From assembly GCF_024298765.1 (NCBI RefSeq), contig NZ_CP101211.1: a DNA stretch of 64,000 nucleotides; one strand, given 5' to 3'. Position numbers and translations under genes: made by a program. The notes beneath the pieces are model-generated. The model did no database searches. It was not told the DNA's origin and worked only from the letters and a program-made list of their open reading frames with translations. How positions within the stretch are numbered: position 1 is the stretch's first letter; each line of letters begins with the position of its first letter. Below are positions 1-11,049 of the stretch, piece by piece. This DNA is from Escherichia coli (lineage in GTDB: Bacteria > Pseudomonadota > Gammaproteobacteria > Enterobacterales > Enterobacteriaceae).

Positions 1-765
1 GTGAAGATTGTAGAAGTTGTAAAGAGCCCCTGGTGCAGCCCCTTTCTTGAAGGCACGATGCTTCAAAAATCGCAGTTTGATATTGGTAAAAGCAACACTA
101 ATCAGCCAATGACAGCAACTGAAGCCGGATTTTACGATGTTCATCTTTGGGAGTTCCCAATCATGACAATGCTCAAATTACTGATTATTGGCGAGTGCAC
201 TGCTGAACCCTATATAGATGCCAGCCTGACCTATATAAGCGAAGTGGACCCTATGTGGGAAAGTGATCTGCTTACACTCGTCCTGAATCCCGAGGCAGTA
301 GTTTTTGCAAACCCAATTGCCTCAATGGTGTGCGCTGCTGACTGTGTAGCAGTAACAGCAGGAAAGGATAATCTCGCTGCATACTTTTGTGCCGGATGCG
401 ATGGCAACCTTTACCCATTAACCGGCCACATTTACGCAAATGATGACGCTGTAAGGACGAGTTCACTGATTACCCAGCGTCTTCTGACAAAACTACATCG
501 CCAAGGCATGCTGATGCGAACGATGGGAGCAGACGCAATGTGTGAGAAAACGTGGGAATACTTTACACCACGTTCCCAGTATCGGCTTTCAATGCTTTTC
601 CCTACTCCTGAGGCGAAGGGACCGGATTGCTGTCATCGTCTTGGTGATTCGGTACACGACTGGTCAACCCTTAAAGGTGGGCGCAAAAAAATAGGCAACG
701 ATAATTATGTCTATATGTTGTGGCGTTACAATGACTGTTGTGTTCGCTACGTTCCGGGCGTTTGA
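1..765 (+). CDS. trhU: Conjugative pilus assembly protein TraU/TrhU, C-terminal part (5' end lies outside window)
   Basis: ORF open at window edge; C-terminal blocks (EVDPMWESDLLT..LNPEAVVFANPIA..CAADC, KLHRQGMLM, YMLWRYNDC) match conserved Cys-containing blocks of F TraU as recalled. Confidence 0.55.
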   Translation: MKIVEVVKSPWCSPFLEGTMLQKSQFDIGKSNTNQPMTATEAGFYDVHLWEFPIMTMLKLLIIGECTAEPYIDASLTYISEVDPMWESDLLTLVLNPEAVVFANPIASMVCAADCVAVTAGKDNLAAYFCAGCDGNLYPLTGHIYANDDAVRTSSLITQRLLTKLHRQGMLMRTMGADAMCEKTWEYFTPRSQYRLSMLFPTPEAKGPDCCHRLGDSVHDWSTLKGGRKKIGNDNYVYMLWRYNDCCVRYVPGV

Positions 766-783
766 TTTCTAAGGAGAAAATAA

Positions 784-3700
784 GTGAAACTTAGAAAAAC
801 AATCACCTCAGCGATTATTGCATCAATGGTTGCCAATACTATGAGTTGGGCTTTTTATGTCACACTCATAAACATGGTAATGACACCACGTGTTTACGCT
901 GCTGACGCTATATTTGACCAGCTCGAAAATAATTTTAACCTTGCAAATCCTAACGCAAATCGCAATGCAACCACCAGTGCTCAGGACATTGTGGAGAAAT
1001 ACAAGAACGCGGATTCAGGCGAGAATGTCAGTGGGAAGATCACCGAGAAATACGTGGGTAAAGCCGAATCCGCTAATCTTAATCTCGGGAAGTATGGGGC
1101 AGGGAACTCTAATGAAAGTGTCATGAAAAATGCCGCATCCGATGGAAAGTCTATTGGTAGCGCCGTACAACTGCCGAGTATGTCTGGAGGGACAATCAAT
1201 TCAAACTACACCAAGGAAGGGGCAAAGCTGCTCTCTCGTGATGCTAATGGCAACATTGGTATAAGCAGTAATCCCAATACTACTCCTGGAACCAAAACAA
1301 ATACGGGAGAGATTTTCAGCTCAGAGCAAAAGCACAGCGATATAAAGTTCAACGCCGCAGATCGTTATGGGGATGAGGATGGCTTTGTTAACGATATAAA
1401 GAATCGGAAAAGCCAGTTATTTGATGCTCAAAGTTATGATGGCGTTGCCTACCGCACCCTCGTAAATGCTAACAAGGACAACCCGGCATCGTCTGTAAAG
1501 CCTAACGATCCCATGTTTACTGCGGGGAGAAATGAGATAACCAATGCTGTTGCTGGTACTGGAAACTGGCTTCAGAACTGTAATGTTGAGACCTCCAAAA
1601 AAACAGTAACCACACACTATCCTGATTACAAAGAGTTCTACTGTAACTCGCCTAAGCAAGATAACTTCAGCAGCTGCACGATAACTCGTGACTTCTCTGT
1701 TCCTGTATACATTTCAGGCGGAAACGGAGACATGTCGATGTGCGGCGATAATTGTGTGCGTATATGGTTTGGTCGCCGTGATGACAACTACTGGAGTGAC
1801 GGGGTATTTAATAACGAACTGACATTAAAATTCCATCCGGATGCAAAATTGGCCTCAGCAAAGATTGTTAACGCGGAGTGGGATGACCACATGCGGGTAA
1901 CACTTGATGGCACGCAGATTTTTGCTCACATAGATGGTGCATATCGAGAAAGTGACTATCCGGCTCCAAAGGGATCTTGGGAGTTAAAAAAATCGTGGAA
2001 ACTCGACAAAGTATACGATGTAACTGAAAAGGTCAGAAAATCAGTTTATGAAGAACCTGATCGTGAAGTGACAATGGCATCCAGAGTCTGGGTTGGTGGG
2101 GGAGGTGAAGGGTACTTTGAGGTTGAGCTGACGTTTGAAAATATGAAGCTCGAAGATAAGCACGTCCAGGAACCAGCTGGTTGTTACGATGCTGTACAAA
2201 CACCAAATACATTCTGCCGTTTCGATCGGTTTAAAGATATGGATGTTGGCACGAAGCGGCTTCCGGAAAGCGTGCTTTCTATGGCAAAGCCGCTGTATGA
2301 AGGCGATAAAGGCTTTCTTACCTGGAAGACTAACCTTGAAGGCTATTTTTGTGATCCATTGGCTAAAGACAAGATTTGCTCTTATGACGCTAGTGGGAAA
2401 ATTATGAAAGACGCTAATGGAAAGGACCTCTGTTACAACTACGAAGAAATTAAGAGTATGCCTGATGCATGTAGTTCTTATAAAAATGATGCAGCATGTG
2501 TACTCGATAAACAAACATGTGCAGAGGGTTGGTTCGATGAGGGCACTAACAGCTGCTACATGTATGAACAGAAATACACCTGTGACAGAGGTAAGGATGT
2601 AGTTCGTGAGGTTGAATCTTCTACAAATGCCTGTGTTGGCATGATCCCATGTTCTGGAGGAACATGCGAAACTGGGCCAAAGGAAGAGAACAACGATTTT
2701 GGAAAAGTTGCGGCTTATTCAAACATGGTTCAGTACATGCAGGGCGAAGCCAAATGCGAAGACCCTAACGATGCCAATTCCTGTTCTGTCTTTGAAGGAA
2801 AACCTGAATGGTGTGGTCGTTCAGTAGGCTTTGTAAATGGCCTGGCAAAGACGGACTGCTGCGAAGCACCGCAGGGAACCGCAGGAGCACTTGAAGGTAT
2901 CATGCTTGCCGGATCTATGATCAGAAACACTAACTGGACCAGAGTTAATGCTCAGCTAATAAAATGGACCGGCGGTGATACAGGTACATGGGCTTCTATG
3001 TCCAATGCGGTCGGTGAGTGGACTGCATCAGCTGGTAAAACAGTAGGGCAAATGTGGAACAATGTCACGAGCTCCTTAACGAGCGTATATGAAAACGTCG
3101 CTGGTAATCTAAGCAGGGCAGTTGGGTCTTCCGCAACTTCTGGAGGGGCAGGAGGTGCTGGCCAGTTGGCACAGGAAACAATGTCCAGCTTCGGTATAGG
3201 TCAGCTTAAGCAGATGGCAATGAAGAAAGCCTACGAATTGCTACCAGATACAGTTCGAGACTTTGTCTTTAAGAACGTTGCTACTACCGGAGGAGAGGTT
3301 GTCTTCTCGGCTGCGGTTCAAAACTTTATGCTTGCATTAAACGTGATCGGTTGGATTTATACAGCCTATCAGGTCACTAAAATGCTTTTAGAAATGTTGG
3401 TAGCATGCGACCAGAAAGAGATGGAAGCTTCTATTCATAAGAATCAAAAATCCTGTTTTACATTAGATACGGAACGATGCGTCAAATATCTGAATGTTGG
3501 TTTCACAAAGAAATGCGTTAAAAAAGCAACAGACATGTGCTGTTATAATTCCATGTTGTCACGCGTTATTATGCAACAAGCTTATCCGCAATTAGGAATA
3601 GACCCTGTCGCCTCTAATTGCGTGGGGCTATCAATAAAGCAAATACAGCAACTGGATTTCGATAAAATTGATCTGACGGAGTGGATTAATGATGCAGTTC

Positions 3701-3972
3701 AGGTAGGAGAAGTTCCTGATCAATATTCAAAATTCTCCGAAGAATCAATTGTGGAAAACTTACCATTCCAGAATGAGAACTATCAACTTCCATCAGAACG
3801 TACCAAGGAAGCAATGGGCGGTGAAGAAAATATGATAAAGGCCAGACAAGAAAATGCTCAGGCTATAAAAGAGGAAAATGTAGATTGTAGCTATTTACCT
3901 CGACCGGCCATATGTGAGGTAGGTTCAACTACGCTGGATCCGGTTACGGGCAAGCAGTTGCCGAAATATTGA
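784..3972 (+). CDS. trhN: Mating-pair stabilisation protein TraN/TrhN (large IncH-type form)
   Basis: 1062-aa ORF with RBS aaggagaaaa upstream, N-terminal signal-like segment, very Cys-rich central/C-terminal region; sits directly after traU-like gene as in F/IncH transfer operons. Confidence 0.6.
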   Translation: MKLRKTITSAIIASMVANTMSWAFYVTLINMVMTPRVYAADAIFDQLENNFNLANPNANRNATTSAQDIVEKYKNADSGENVSGKITEKYVGKAESANLNLGKYGAGNSNESVMKNAASDGKSIGSAVQLPSMSGGTINSNYTKEGAKLLSRDANGNIGISSNPNTTPGTKTNTGEIFSSEQKHSDIKFNAADRYGDEDGFVNDIKNRKSQLFDAQSYDGVAYRTLVNANKDNPASSVKPNDPMFTAGRNEITNAVAGTGNWLQNCNVETSKKTVTTHYPDYKEFYCNSPKQDNFSSCTITRDFSVPVYISGGNGDMSMCGDNCVRIWFGRRDDNYWSDGVFNNELTLKFHPDAKLASAKIVNAEWDDHMRVTLDGTQIFAHIDGAYRESDYPAPKGSWELKKSWKLDKVYDVTEKVRKSVYEEPDREVTMASRVWVGGGGEGYFEVELTFENMKLEDKHVQEPAGCYDAVQTPNTFCRFDRFKDMDVGTKRLPESVLSMAKPLYEGDKGFLTWKTNLEGYFCDPLAKDKICSYDASGKIMKDANGKDLCYNYEEIKSMPDACSSYKNDAACVLDKQTCAEGWFDEGTNSCYMYEQKYTCDRGKDVVREVESSTNACVGMIPCSGGTCETGPKEENNDFGKVAAYSNMVQYMQGEAKCEDPNDANSCSVFEGKPEWCGRSVGFVNGLAKTDCCEAPQGTAGALEGIMLAGSMIRNTNWTRVNAQLIKWTGGDTGTWASMSNAVGEWTASAGKTVGQMWNNVTSSLTSVYENVAGNLSRAVGSSATSGGAGGAGQLAQETMSSFGIGQLKQMAMKKAYELLPDTVRDFVFKNVATTGGEVVFSAAVQNFMLALNVIGWIYTAYQVTKMLLEMLVACDQKEMEASIHKNQKSCFTLDTERCVKYLNVGFTKKCVKKATDMCCYNSMLSRVIMQQAYPQLGIDPVASNCVGLSIKQIQQLDFDKIDLTEWINDAVQVGEVPDQYSKFSEESIVENLPFQNENYQLPSERTKEAMGGEENMIKARQENAQAIKEENVDCSYLPRPAICEVGSTTLDPVTGKQLPKY

Positions 3973-3976
3973 AGAA

Positions 3977-3998
3977 GGGGCCGTTAGGCCCCTTTTTT
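3977..3998. terminator. Bidirectional intrinsic terminator between convergent trhN and lipoprotein gene
   Basis: GGGGCC-gtta-GGCCCC hairpin followed by TTTTTT. Confidence 0.55.
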
Positions 3999-4000
3999 AA

Positions 4001-4873
4001 TTACTTGGCTTTCAATGTTTTTTCTGGGAAGCCTTTTTTACCGTATTCACCGGTAAAGAGGTAATAATCTTTTCCGTTGATGGAGGCTGCAACACCCCCT
4101 GGAGTTGTTGTATTTGGGCTATCAGAACGGAAAATGATACCCGAAAAATCAGCGCTTGTTTCGTTTCCTTTAAATGGGATGAACACATAACGAATTACAG
4201 CGTAATCACCAGCGGGAAGGTTTAGCTGAGGAATTTCGGTTCCTGTTGCGGGGCGAATCGCCTGAAAGCTGTACATTGAATCTGTAGGGAAAACATCAGC
4301 ATCAGGCTTAGAGGGCAGATCACAGGTACTCCATTTATTGACGACTGCCATATCAATTTTACATGTGGCCAGAGCTGCTTTCTGTTTTTCAGGGTTGTAT
4401 CCAAATGAGGCCTGAGTTGCTTTTGTATGCTCAAAAACATACTTAGCTCCTTCACGTACCAAACTTTCATCATTGTAAGGCAATTTTTTTGGATTGGGGA
4501 CGAACACTAGGTATTGATTGACCTGGATGTATTCGGCGTCAGAAGAACTGTACAAAGAGCCGAGGCTCATGATCCCAAAACCTTTTAGACCGCCTGTTAC
4601 GTAGCCCATCGAACTATTGATGAGATACTTAGAAAGAAAGTTGTCGGCATCCCCTCCAGGAGTAACCTCTTGCTCCTTAAAATTAACGTCGAAACCAGCA
4701 AACGAATAGGCATTCTTGGCGACAGAATCATTTGCTTTAGCATGCCAGTACTGGCCGTGACTGTACGCATTCAGAGCGGTGCCTGGCGTAGTGCCGGTGT
4801 CACCGGCACAACCCGATAGGGAAAAACCAATGACGACAGAAGAGACCAGAGATACTAAACGTAAAAGTTTCAT
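4001..4873 (-). CDS. Putative lipoprotein, unknown function
   Basis: 290-aa ORF; N-terminus MKLLRLVSLVSSVVIGFSLSGCAG has signal peptide plus lipobox (LSGC). Confidence 0.5.
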   Translation of the reverse strand: MKLLRLVSLVSSVVIGFSLSGCAGDTGTTPGTALNAYSHGQYWHAKANDSVAKNAYSFAGFDVNFKEQEVTPGGDADNFLSKYLINSSMGYVTGGLKGFGIMSLGSLYSSSDAEYIQVNQYLVFVPNPKKLPYNDESLVREGAKYVFEHTKATQASFGYNPEKQKAALATCKIDMAVVNKWSTCDLPSKPDADVFPTDSMYSFQAIRPATGTEIPQLNLPAGDYAVIRYVFIPFKGNETSADFSGIIFRSDSPNTTTPGGVAASINGKDYYLFTGEYGKKGFPEKTLKAK

Positions 4874-5052
4874 TTAAAGCCCTTTTTGTAATGTCTTTTG
4901 GAGATGGAACCATTATTCCATAGTCACGCGTTTCACAAACAACCTGATTGCATAAAAAAGGAAAAAAAGTGATTTCCAGTAGAACCAGCAGTACACAAGA
5001 AAAGCGCTTTTATAAAAATGTATAATTATTAAAACGAAGTAATGAGGTTGAA

Positions 5053-6837
5053 ATGGGTAAGCCAACAGAAGAGCAAAGACCTGTTATCGAGAATGCTAGC
5101 GCAAACAATATGGTGATAGCAGCGCCTGGATCAGGCAAATCATTCACCATGATAGAAGCGGTTATATCGATTCTCAAAAAGTATCCATATGCAAGAATCG
5201 GGATGGTGACCTTTACTCGCGCTGCAACAAACGCACTTGCAGCAAAGTTACAAAAGCGATTGAGCAAGAAGGATCTTGACCGGGTGCTGGTGGATACTTT
5301 TCACGGACTCGTTAAGAAGCAACTGGACATGATTCGCTGGCCGGGAAAGATGTTGATAGGGCCAGCACAGAGATCTGTCATTCACCGGGCTTTGAAAGAA
5401 TCCGGTGTAACGATGAAGTTTGCTGAAGCTGAATTCGTTATTGATGCTATCGGCAGAGAAATGGATACGGATGTGATTTCAGTTCGGCATAACAGACAAC
5501 AGATCCATTTATTTAATACCTATCAGGCGTTATGCCAGAAAGACCATGTGGCGGACCTCAATGCTCTTTCAAAATTTGTTGTCGGTCAAATGCATTCGGG
5601 AAAAATGCGCACGTTAGATTTGACACATTTGATAGTAGACGAAGTTCAGGATACTGACTCTATACAATTCTCATGGATAGCATTGCATACAAGAGCTGGA
5701 GTCTATACGAGTATAGTTGGAGACGATGATCAGGCCATCTACTCCTTCAGATCCTCAGGAGGAGTCAAAATATTTCAACAGTTTGAAAAACACTTCAGAC
5801 CTAACATATTTTACTTAAACACATGCTTTAGGTGTGAACCTGAAATTTTAGAGGTGGCCGGAGCACTGATAGGAAAGAATGTTTACCGTTATGCCAAAGA
5901 GTTACGCTCGGCAAAAAAGGGAGGAGGAAAGGTCACTTTTCGTTCATATGTAGATATGGAGGAACAGATACAGGGTATTTTAAGCCTTATAAATCAGGAT
6001 CCACATGGATGGGCAATTCTAAGCCGCAATAATGCTCACTTGGATGAGCTAGAAAGTTTGATCGAACAGCCAGTAATTCGTTACGGAGGTAAATCATTCT
6101 GGGATGAAAAAGAAACAAGCGATGTGTTAAGCCTTATGGCCTTTTTCCGACAATCAAATGATCCTCGCTTAATGAAGAGAGTATTGGCATTGTTTGGAGA
6201 ACAGGAATCAGTTTTGGATGAAGTGGCATTGAGTATGAGAGGAAGAAAAGTTACTTTTGGCGACCTTGCCATCCCGGAGGACAGTTCTCTCGAAACAAAA
6301 ACATTACATTCAAACTTCGTGCGCTTTACCCAGGAAAGTACTGATAAAGTTGAGATAGCAAAACGTTTCGCCAACCTTACGAAATGGATGGAATCGTCGT
6401 CAATCAAGATGAGGAGTAATAAAGGTACAGCAACCTTAACAAAAATTGCTTTAGACACTTGTAAACAGTGGGCAGAAAAGACTGGTTGGATGAATATGAT
6501 CAATCGTGCTGCTGCAATGTCATTAGGCCCTAGGAAGAAGGACGAGGAATACAGCCCAGAGAAAGTAGTCCTATCAACCTTGCATGGTTCAAAGGGTCTT
6601 GAGTGGAATAAAGTAATAATAATGAGTTGTAATGCGGATCAGATACCAAGTAAAAGATCAGTTGGGGAGGAGGCAATAGAAGAAGAAAGACGTTTGCTTT
6701 ATGTTGGATTTACGCGTGCAGAAAAGCAACTTTTTGTAATGTGGTATGGTGACCCTTCTTTCTTTTTAAGAGAATGCAGTGAAGAAAAGATAAAAGAAGC
6801 AGCTAATATTCGAATTTCTCCAGTTTATACAGAATAA
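5053..6837 (+). CDS. UvrD/Rep-family (SF1) DNA helicase-like protein
   Basis: 594 aa; Walker A APGSGKS near N-terminus, Walker B-like LIVDEVQD, C-terminal YVGFTRAEKQL motif typical of UvrD-like helicases; RBS gaggt upstream. Confidence 0.7.
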   Translation: MGKPTEEQRPVIENASANNMVIAAPGSGKSFTMIEAVISILKKYPYARIGMVTFTRAATNALAAKLQKRLSKKDLDRVLVDTFHGLVKKQLDMIRWPGKMLIGPAQRSVIHRALKESGVTMKFAEAEFVIDAIGREMDTDVISVRHNRQQIHLFNTYQALCQKDHVADLNALSKFVVGQMHSGKMRTLDLTHLIVDEVQDTDSIQFSWIALHTRAGVYTSIVGDDDQAIYSFRSSGGVKIFQQFEKHFRPNIFYLNTCFRCEPEILEVAGALIGKNVYRYAKELRSAKKGGGKVTFRSYVDMEEQIQGILSLINQDPHGWAILSRNNAHLDELESLIEQPVIRYGGKSFWDEKETSDVLSLMAFFRQSNDPRLMKRVLALFGEQESVLDEVALSMRGRKVTFGDLAIPEDSSLETKTLHSNFVRFTQESTDKVEIAKRFANLTKWMESSSIKMRSNKGTATLTKIALDTCKQWAEKTGWMNMINRAAAMSLGPRKKDEEYSPEKVVLSTLHGSKGLEWNKVIIMSCNADQIPSKRSVGEEAIEEERRLLYVGFTRAEKQLFVMWYGDPSFFLRECSEEKIKEAANIRISPVYTE

Positions 6838-7231
6838 TTCGATATGGGCATTTACTTATGCTTAAAGCTATAGTATAAAAACAATGAGCTTAAATATCAG
6901 CTCCCAAATTTGAGTAACTTTGCTTAAAGTTACTTTCGCGTTAAGCGTTGATTTAGCCGTGAAAAGCGGCCAGCTTAAACAAGCTGTAAGACACCACCGG
7001 CAAAATGTCACCTTTGTCGCTGGTGCACTTCCCATGCCTGAAAAAGGCAATCTGAATTTACCAAACCGTAACTAATTTAGCTCCTCCTGGAGCTATTTTT
7101 GTTGCGTACTTCTAATGCCAGATAGTATAAATCAGGCGGTTCATAGCTTACGGGAGATGAATGACAGGCTTTGCCTTCGTGTTGAAACAAAAAATTGTTT
7201 CTTCCTTCTTACTATATATAGGTGACCCCAA

Positions 7232-8104
7232 ATGTCTAAAAATAAAGCTCGCAGTAAAGCCCTTCATCAAACCTTTAGTGAAATTATTCCAGAGATGGAT
7301 AAGGCGCTAAACAAACAGCTCTTAGAAGTTCTGATGAAATATACAGAACGTGATAATGAACTGATTGTTATTTTGAATGAGGACGGCCCAAATATCATTG
7401 AACTTAAGTCTCTTAAGCCTGTGTCTTTGTTGGCCGAAAAGCTTTCTGCTTATTCAAGCTATTATCATGTGGATGTTGTGGAGCTCGTGGTCAAGAAAAT
7501 TGATTTCGAAGGAGCTTATAAGCTTCTTAAAGCTTCCCCAGATGTACCACTTTTTAAAAGCTTAACTGAACTGGATAAATATCTTGTTGAGGAGTTTGAA
7601 AAATTCGGATTAAATTCATTTCTTGACGTGGATAATCTGGATTACTCACTTGAAAAAGCCAGTGAACTCAAAAATGAGCAGTTAATAAATTGGGTTTCGG
7701 ACATCATTTGCAAACGTGAAAAATTAACTTTACGTAAGCGTTTTGATGTCGCAGTAAAGGCCCACTACGAAAATGTAGAAAAAATGTATGATACCATTCG
7801 TCCGTTAATGAAAAAACTGGGTTTCCCAGAAGATCTCATGACGCACACCTTTAGTGAGTTAAGCGTTTTTGAAACTAAAGGATGGGACCATGCAATAAAA
7901 TCGAAAATTGAGACTCTCGCTAAGCGTGAAACTCAATATTTAGATGATGCGGCTAAAGCAGAGAATCGACGTCTTGTAACAGAGAAGTTGGAGAACTCTT
8001 TAGCGATTGCACCAACTAAACCAACAAGAAATTGGTTACATATTGCCGGAATTGCCTGTTTGGTAGTCTGCACGTTCATGTATGTAACTAATAAATTTAT
8101 TTAA
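7232..8104 (+). CDS. Hypothetical protein with C-terminal transmembrane anchor
   Basis: 290-aa ORF, charged helical body, hydrophobic C-terminus (WLHIAGIACLVVCTFMYV). Confidence 0.4.
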   Translation: MSKNKARSKALHQTFSEIIPEMDKALNKQLLEVLMKYTERDNELIVILNEDGPNIIELKSLKPVSLLAEKLSAYSSYYHVDVVELVVKKIDFEGAYKLLKASPDVPLFKSLTELDKYLVEEFEKFGLNSFLDVDNLDYSLEKASELKNEQLINWVSDIICKREKLTLRKRFDVAVKAHYENVEKMYDTIRPLMKKLGFPEDLMTHTFSELSVFETKGWDHAIKSKIETLAKRETQYLDDAAKAENRRLVTEKLENSLAIAPTKPTRNWLHIAGIACLVVCTFMYVTNKFI

Positions 8105-8161
8105 TCCTGTTAAGGGGGAACCCTAACGGGGCTTCTCTTTGAACAAATCGAGGAGCGGAAA

Positions 8162-8539
8162 ATGTCATATCTTGAATATATCAATGAAGTAAAAGTGTCC
8201 GGGATAGTTATCAGTGCTGTGGAGAAAAAAATGACTGACCAGAGTATAGGTTTGTTAATAAAGCTCAAAAATAGGATGAAGACAGAAGTTGATGGTGAAA
8301 TCACTGAGAGAGAATTTTCAGTTCAAATCAAGGTGTCGCCTGAAATGTATTCAACCTGTTTCACTGGTATAAATCAGGGTGATGAGTTGATGGTCTCCGG
8401 TTATATTGTTGTCGATACTATTATGATTGAAGGGAGAGAACATCCTCTTGACTACATGAGAGTGGTAGCAACAAGTAAGTTGGCTCACATACCTAAACCT
8501 CTAAAAGGTTTTGGACAAAGTAGCTTTAATCAGATCTGA
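8162..8539 (+). CDS. Hypothetical small protein, possibly OB-fold (SSB/PriB-like pattern)
   Basis: 125-aa ORF with RBS gaggag; alternating beta-like segments (VKVSGIV, FSVQIKV, MVSGYIVV); perfect hairpin terminator immediately downstream. Confidence 0.35.
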   Translation: MSYLEYINEVKVSGIVISAVEKKMTDQSIGLLIKLKNRMKTEVDGEITEREFSVQIKVSPEMYSTCFTGINQGDELMVSGYIVVDTIMIEGREHPLDYMRVVATSKLAHIPKPLKGFGQSSFNQI

Positions 8540-8599
8540 CATTAAACCCACCCTAAAGGGGAGAAATCCCTTCATGGGATTTCTCCTTTTGGAGTCCCC

Positions 8600-9577
8600 A
8601 TGAAACAAAAATTTAGGGCTACTGCAATAAGTAGTAATCAACTTAGTTTTTTTTCTATACTCGATATAGATGAAGATGAAATAACGCAAATAGTTGATTC
8701 ACCCAAAGAGCATTTAAATGATGCTTACACGTCCGGATTAAACTTTAAATCAGAAGAAAGTAACATTTCTGAGATAAATTATGATTCTGAAAGGCGTGAA
8801 AATCACCTTTATGAAAAATCCAAATTACTTAAAAATCAGATTTTGCATACAATTAATTTTGCAACAGAAACAGATTATCTATATACGGTTGAAGAATATA
8901 ACCCAGATTTGGGTGGTCTGGTAATAGAATGGACCCCTGAGGATGTGTATGTTGTTTTTCTATCCGCTATGGAAGAGTCTTTGGAAATCATTAAAGAACT
9001 AGTGTTGAGGAGAAAGTTATTCTTCAAAGATGACAATGGTAATATCACAGTGAATCCACTTTTAGAAGCTGAAACACGGTGGTATATGTCAAAATCATTT
9101 GAATACACTTGTTTATCTCATGGACTTGATGCATGTGAATTTAGAGCGGAATTAAAATCATGGCTCTATTATCATTCGCATCGTTCGATTAGTGAAAACA
9201 CGAAATTAGCTGAATGCAGGAATGATGATGAAATCATTTTGCATGATTGCAATGACGATATGGGCTGGGACATCTTCTTTGATCAGGATTATTTAATGTC
9301 AGAAAAAAAACTGGCTGTTAAATGGACTGACAGGGAAATTATGGATGTTTACATAAAAGCTTTTAAATCCTCATTAGAGTTGTTTGACGAGCTTGTTTCA
9401 TGTGATCTGTTAACTAAACGAAACGCTTTTGGCAAGTTAGAAATCAATCCAATATTCGAAAATCATTTTGAATGGATCATGTCTGAAGCTTTTGAAATAG
9501 TGGGAAATCATCTTGGTTATAATGTGCCTCAAATCAGGAAACTGATGGCAACTATTTGCCAAATGAATCTCAAATAA
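8600..9577 (+). CDS. Hypothetical protein
   Basis: 325-aa ORF in the same-strand gene block; no recognisable motif. Confidence 0.35.
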   Translation: MKQKFRATAISSNQLSFFSILDIDEDEITQIVDSPKEHLNDAYTSGLNFKSEESNISEINYDSERRENHLYEKSKLLKNQILHTINFATETDYLYTVEEYNPDLGGLVIEWTPEDVYVVFLSAMEESLEIIKELVLRRKLFFKDDNGNITVNPLLEAETRWYMSKSFEYTCLSHGLDACEFRAELKSWLYYHSHRSISENTKLAECRNDDEIILHDCNDDMGWDIFFDQDYLMSEKKLAVKWTDREIMDVYIKAFKSSLELFDELVSCDLLTKRNAFGKLEINPIFENHFEWIMSEAFEIVGNHLGYNVPQIRKLMATICQMNLK

Positions 9578-9634
9578 AATGCCACTGGCAAACATCTGCC
9601 AGAGGGCGGTGTTTGCATTTTACCGGAGTTAAAA

Positions 9635-10693
9635 ATGTCTAATGCCGCTATGAAGTTAAATGAAACATCTTCTGATGCTTATGAAAAATTAGAAGCTCTT
9701 CTTTCCCCGGATGTTATAAAGTTAAAACATTATGTGGATAAAGGTGAGTATCTTTTAGTTCTAGCAAAGGACCTTTTTGGTATTCCAGAAATGGATCCAA
9801 AGATGGCTGTGCCTGTTTTCAAAACTAAAACCTCGTATCGAGCTCCGCTGAACAAAGACTACATACCAAATCCCCGAATACTTGAACAAGTGGTTAAACT
9901 GCTTATCAGTCCGGATATAGATTTAAGTGTGTGTCTTAAAGGTGAGTCCGGTTCTGGCAAGACTGAAATGGTAATGTACATTAGCCACATGATGAATTGG
10001 CCGCTGACAATTAAGCAGATCAACAGCAATATTCGAGTTGATGAGCTTGAAGGTGAGCGCAGTCTTAATGGTGGTAATACAGGTTTTGTACACAGCGATT
10101 TGGTAACGGGATTTCGTAATGGTCACCTCATTCTTCTGGATGAAGTGGACAAAATCGATCCTGATACGGCAGCAAAACTTCACATGCCCATTGAACGTAA
10201 GCCCTGGTCACTCAGTGCTAATGGTGGTGAGGTTATAACTGCTAATGGCTACACGCGATTTATTGGTACTGCAAACACAAACATGAGTGGAGGCGCTCGC
10301 CGGTTCGTTTCTTCTCAACGTCAAGATGCAGCTTTTATAAAGCGGTTCTTGATAGTTGAAATGGAGAAGCCCGACAAAGTTGCTTTAACCAATGTGCTTA
10401 CTAAACGATATAGCTCTTTGCCTTTTCAGGTCATTGAGAAGTTCGTAAGAGTAGCGATTGCAGTAAATGACTCTGGTACAGAAGACAGTGTGATGGATAT
10501 TCGTCAATTAGTAGCTTGGGTTGGCACGTCGATGACGTTAAAAACCTTTAGTCTTCTTGACACTTTCAAAATAGCTTTTGCTTCTGCTTTACCTTTACAT
10601 GTGGTCGATCTTGTTCTTCAAGCTATAGATCTTTCTCTTGGCGAAGACAAGGATAAATCGCTGGAGTATTTCACAGCAAAAAAGTCGAGTTAG
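9635..10693 (+). CDS. AAA+ ATPase, MoxR/CobS-like
   Basis: 352 aa; Walker A GESGSGKT, Walker B hhhhLLDEVD, size and layout of MoxR-class single-AAA proteins. Confidence 0.6.
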   Translation: MSNAAMKLNETSSDAYEKLEALLSPDVIKLKHYVDKGEYLLVLAKDLFGIPEMDPKMAVPVFKTKTSYRAPLNKDYIPNPRILEQVVKLLISPDIDLSVCLKGESGSGKTEMVMYISHMMNWPLTIKQINSNIRVDELEGERSLNGGNTGFVHSDLVTGFRNGHLILLDEVDKIDPDTAAKLHMPIERKPWSLSANGGEVITANGYTRFIGTANTNMSGGARRFVSSQRQDAAFIKRFLIVEMEKPDKVALTNVLTKRYSSLPFQVIEKFVRVAIAVNDSGTEDSVMDIRQLVAWVGTSMTLKTFSLLDTFKIAFASALPLHVVDLVLQAIDLSLGEDKDKSLEYFTAKKSS

Positions 10694-11049
10694 ATGGGAT
10701 TTGTTATGAAACCTCTGATATTTGTATCTCAGAGTTATCCCATCTTGAATTTAGTGCGTTTTTAAGTACGGATGGTGCTGCTACCATTGCTATAGCAAAA
10801 AACGGAACTAATTTTACTGGACTTATGCAACTGAATAACGACTATTCTTTATTGTTTTATCATGATGGTAAAATAAATATGGAAGGTCTGATTAAACAAA
10901 TGGAATTAAAAGGTTATATGTATCAGGGAGCAATGGGCAATGATGATGTTGTTGCTGAGTTTCCCGGTATTCTTTTAATTTCACCAGAGTAGCTTTAATA
11001 TCAACCCTATCGGGAAATCTTTCCCGTTGGGGAGGGTTTCCCCTTTTTT

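Noticed and set aside
2041-2514. 157-aa minus-strand ORF inside trhN (and similar antisense ORFs such as 6081-6503, 48509-49375, 36285-37255)
   Set aside because: Lie entirely within, and antisense to or out of frame with, longer ORFs that carry recognisable motifs; treated as shadow ORFs
10828-10989. 53-codon plus-strand ORF in the 356-bp gap before the 11050 gene
   Set aside because: Below the ORF-track size cut-off, no clear RBS; cannot be supported from sequence alone, though a small protein is not excluded
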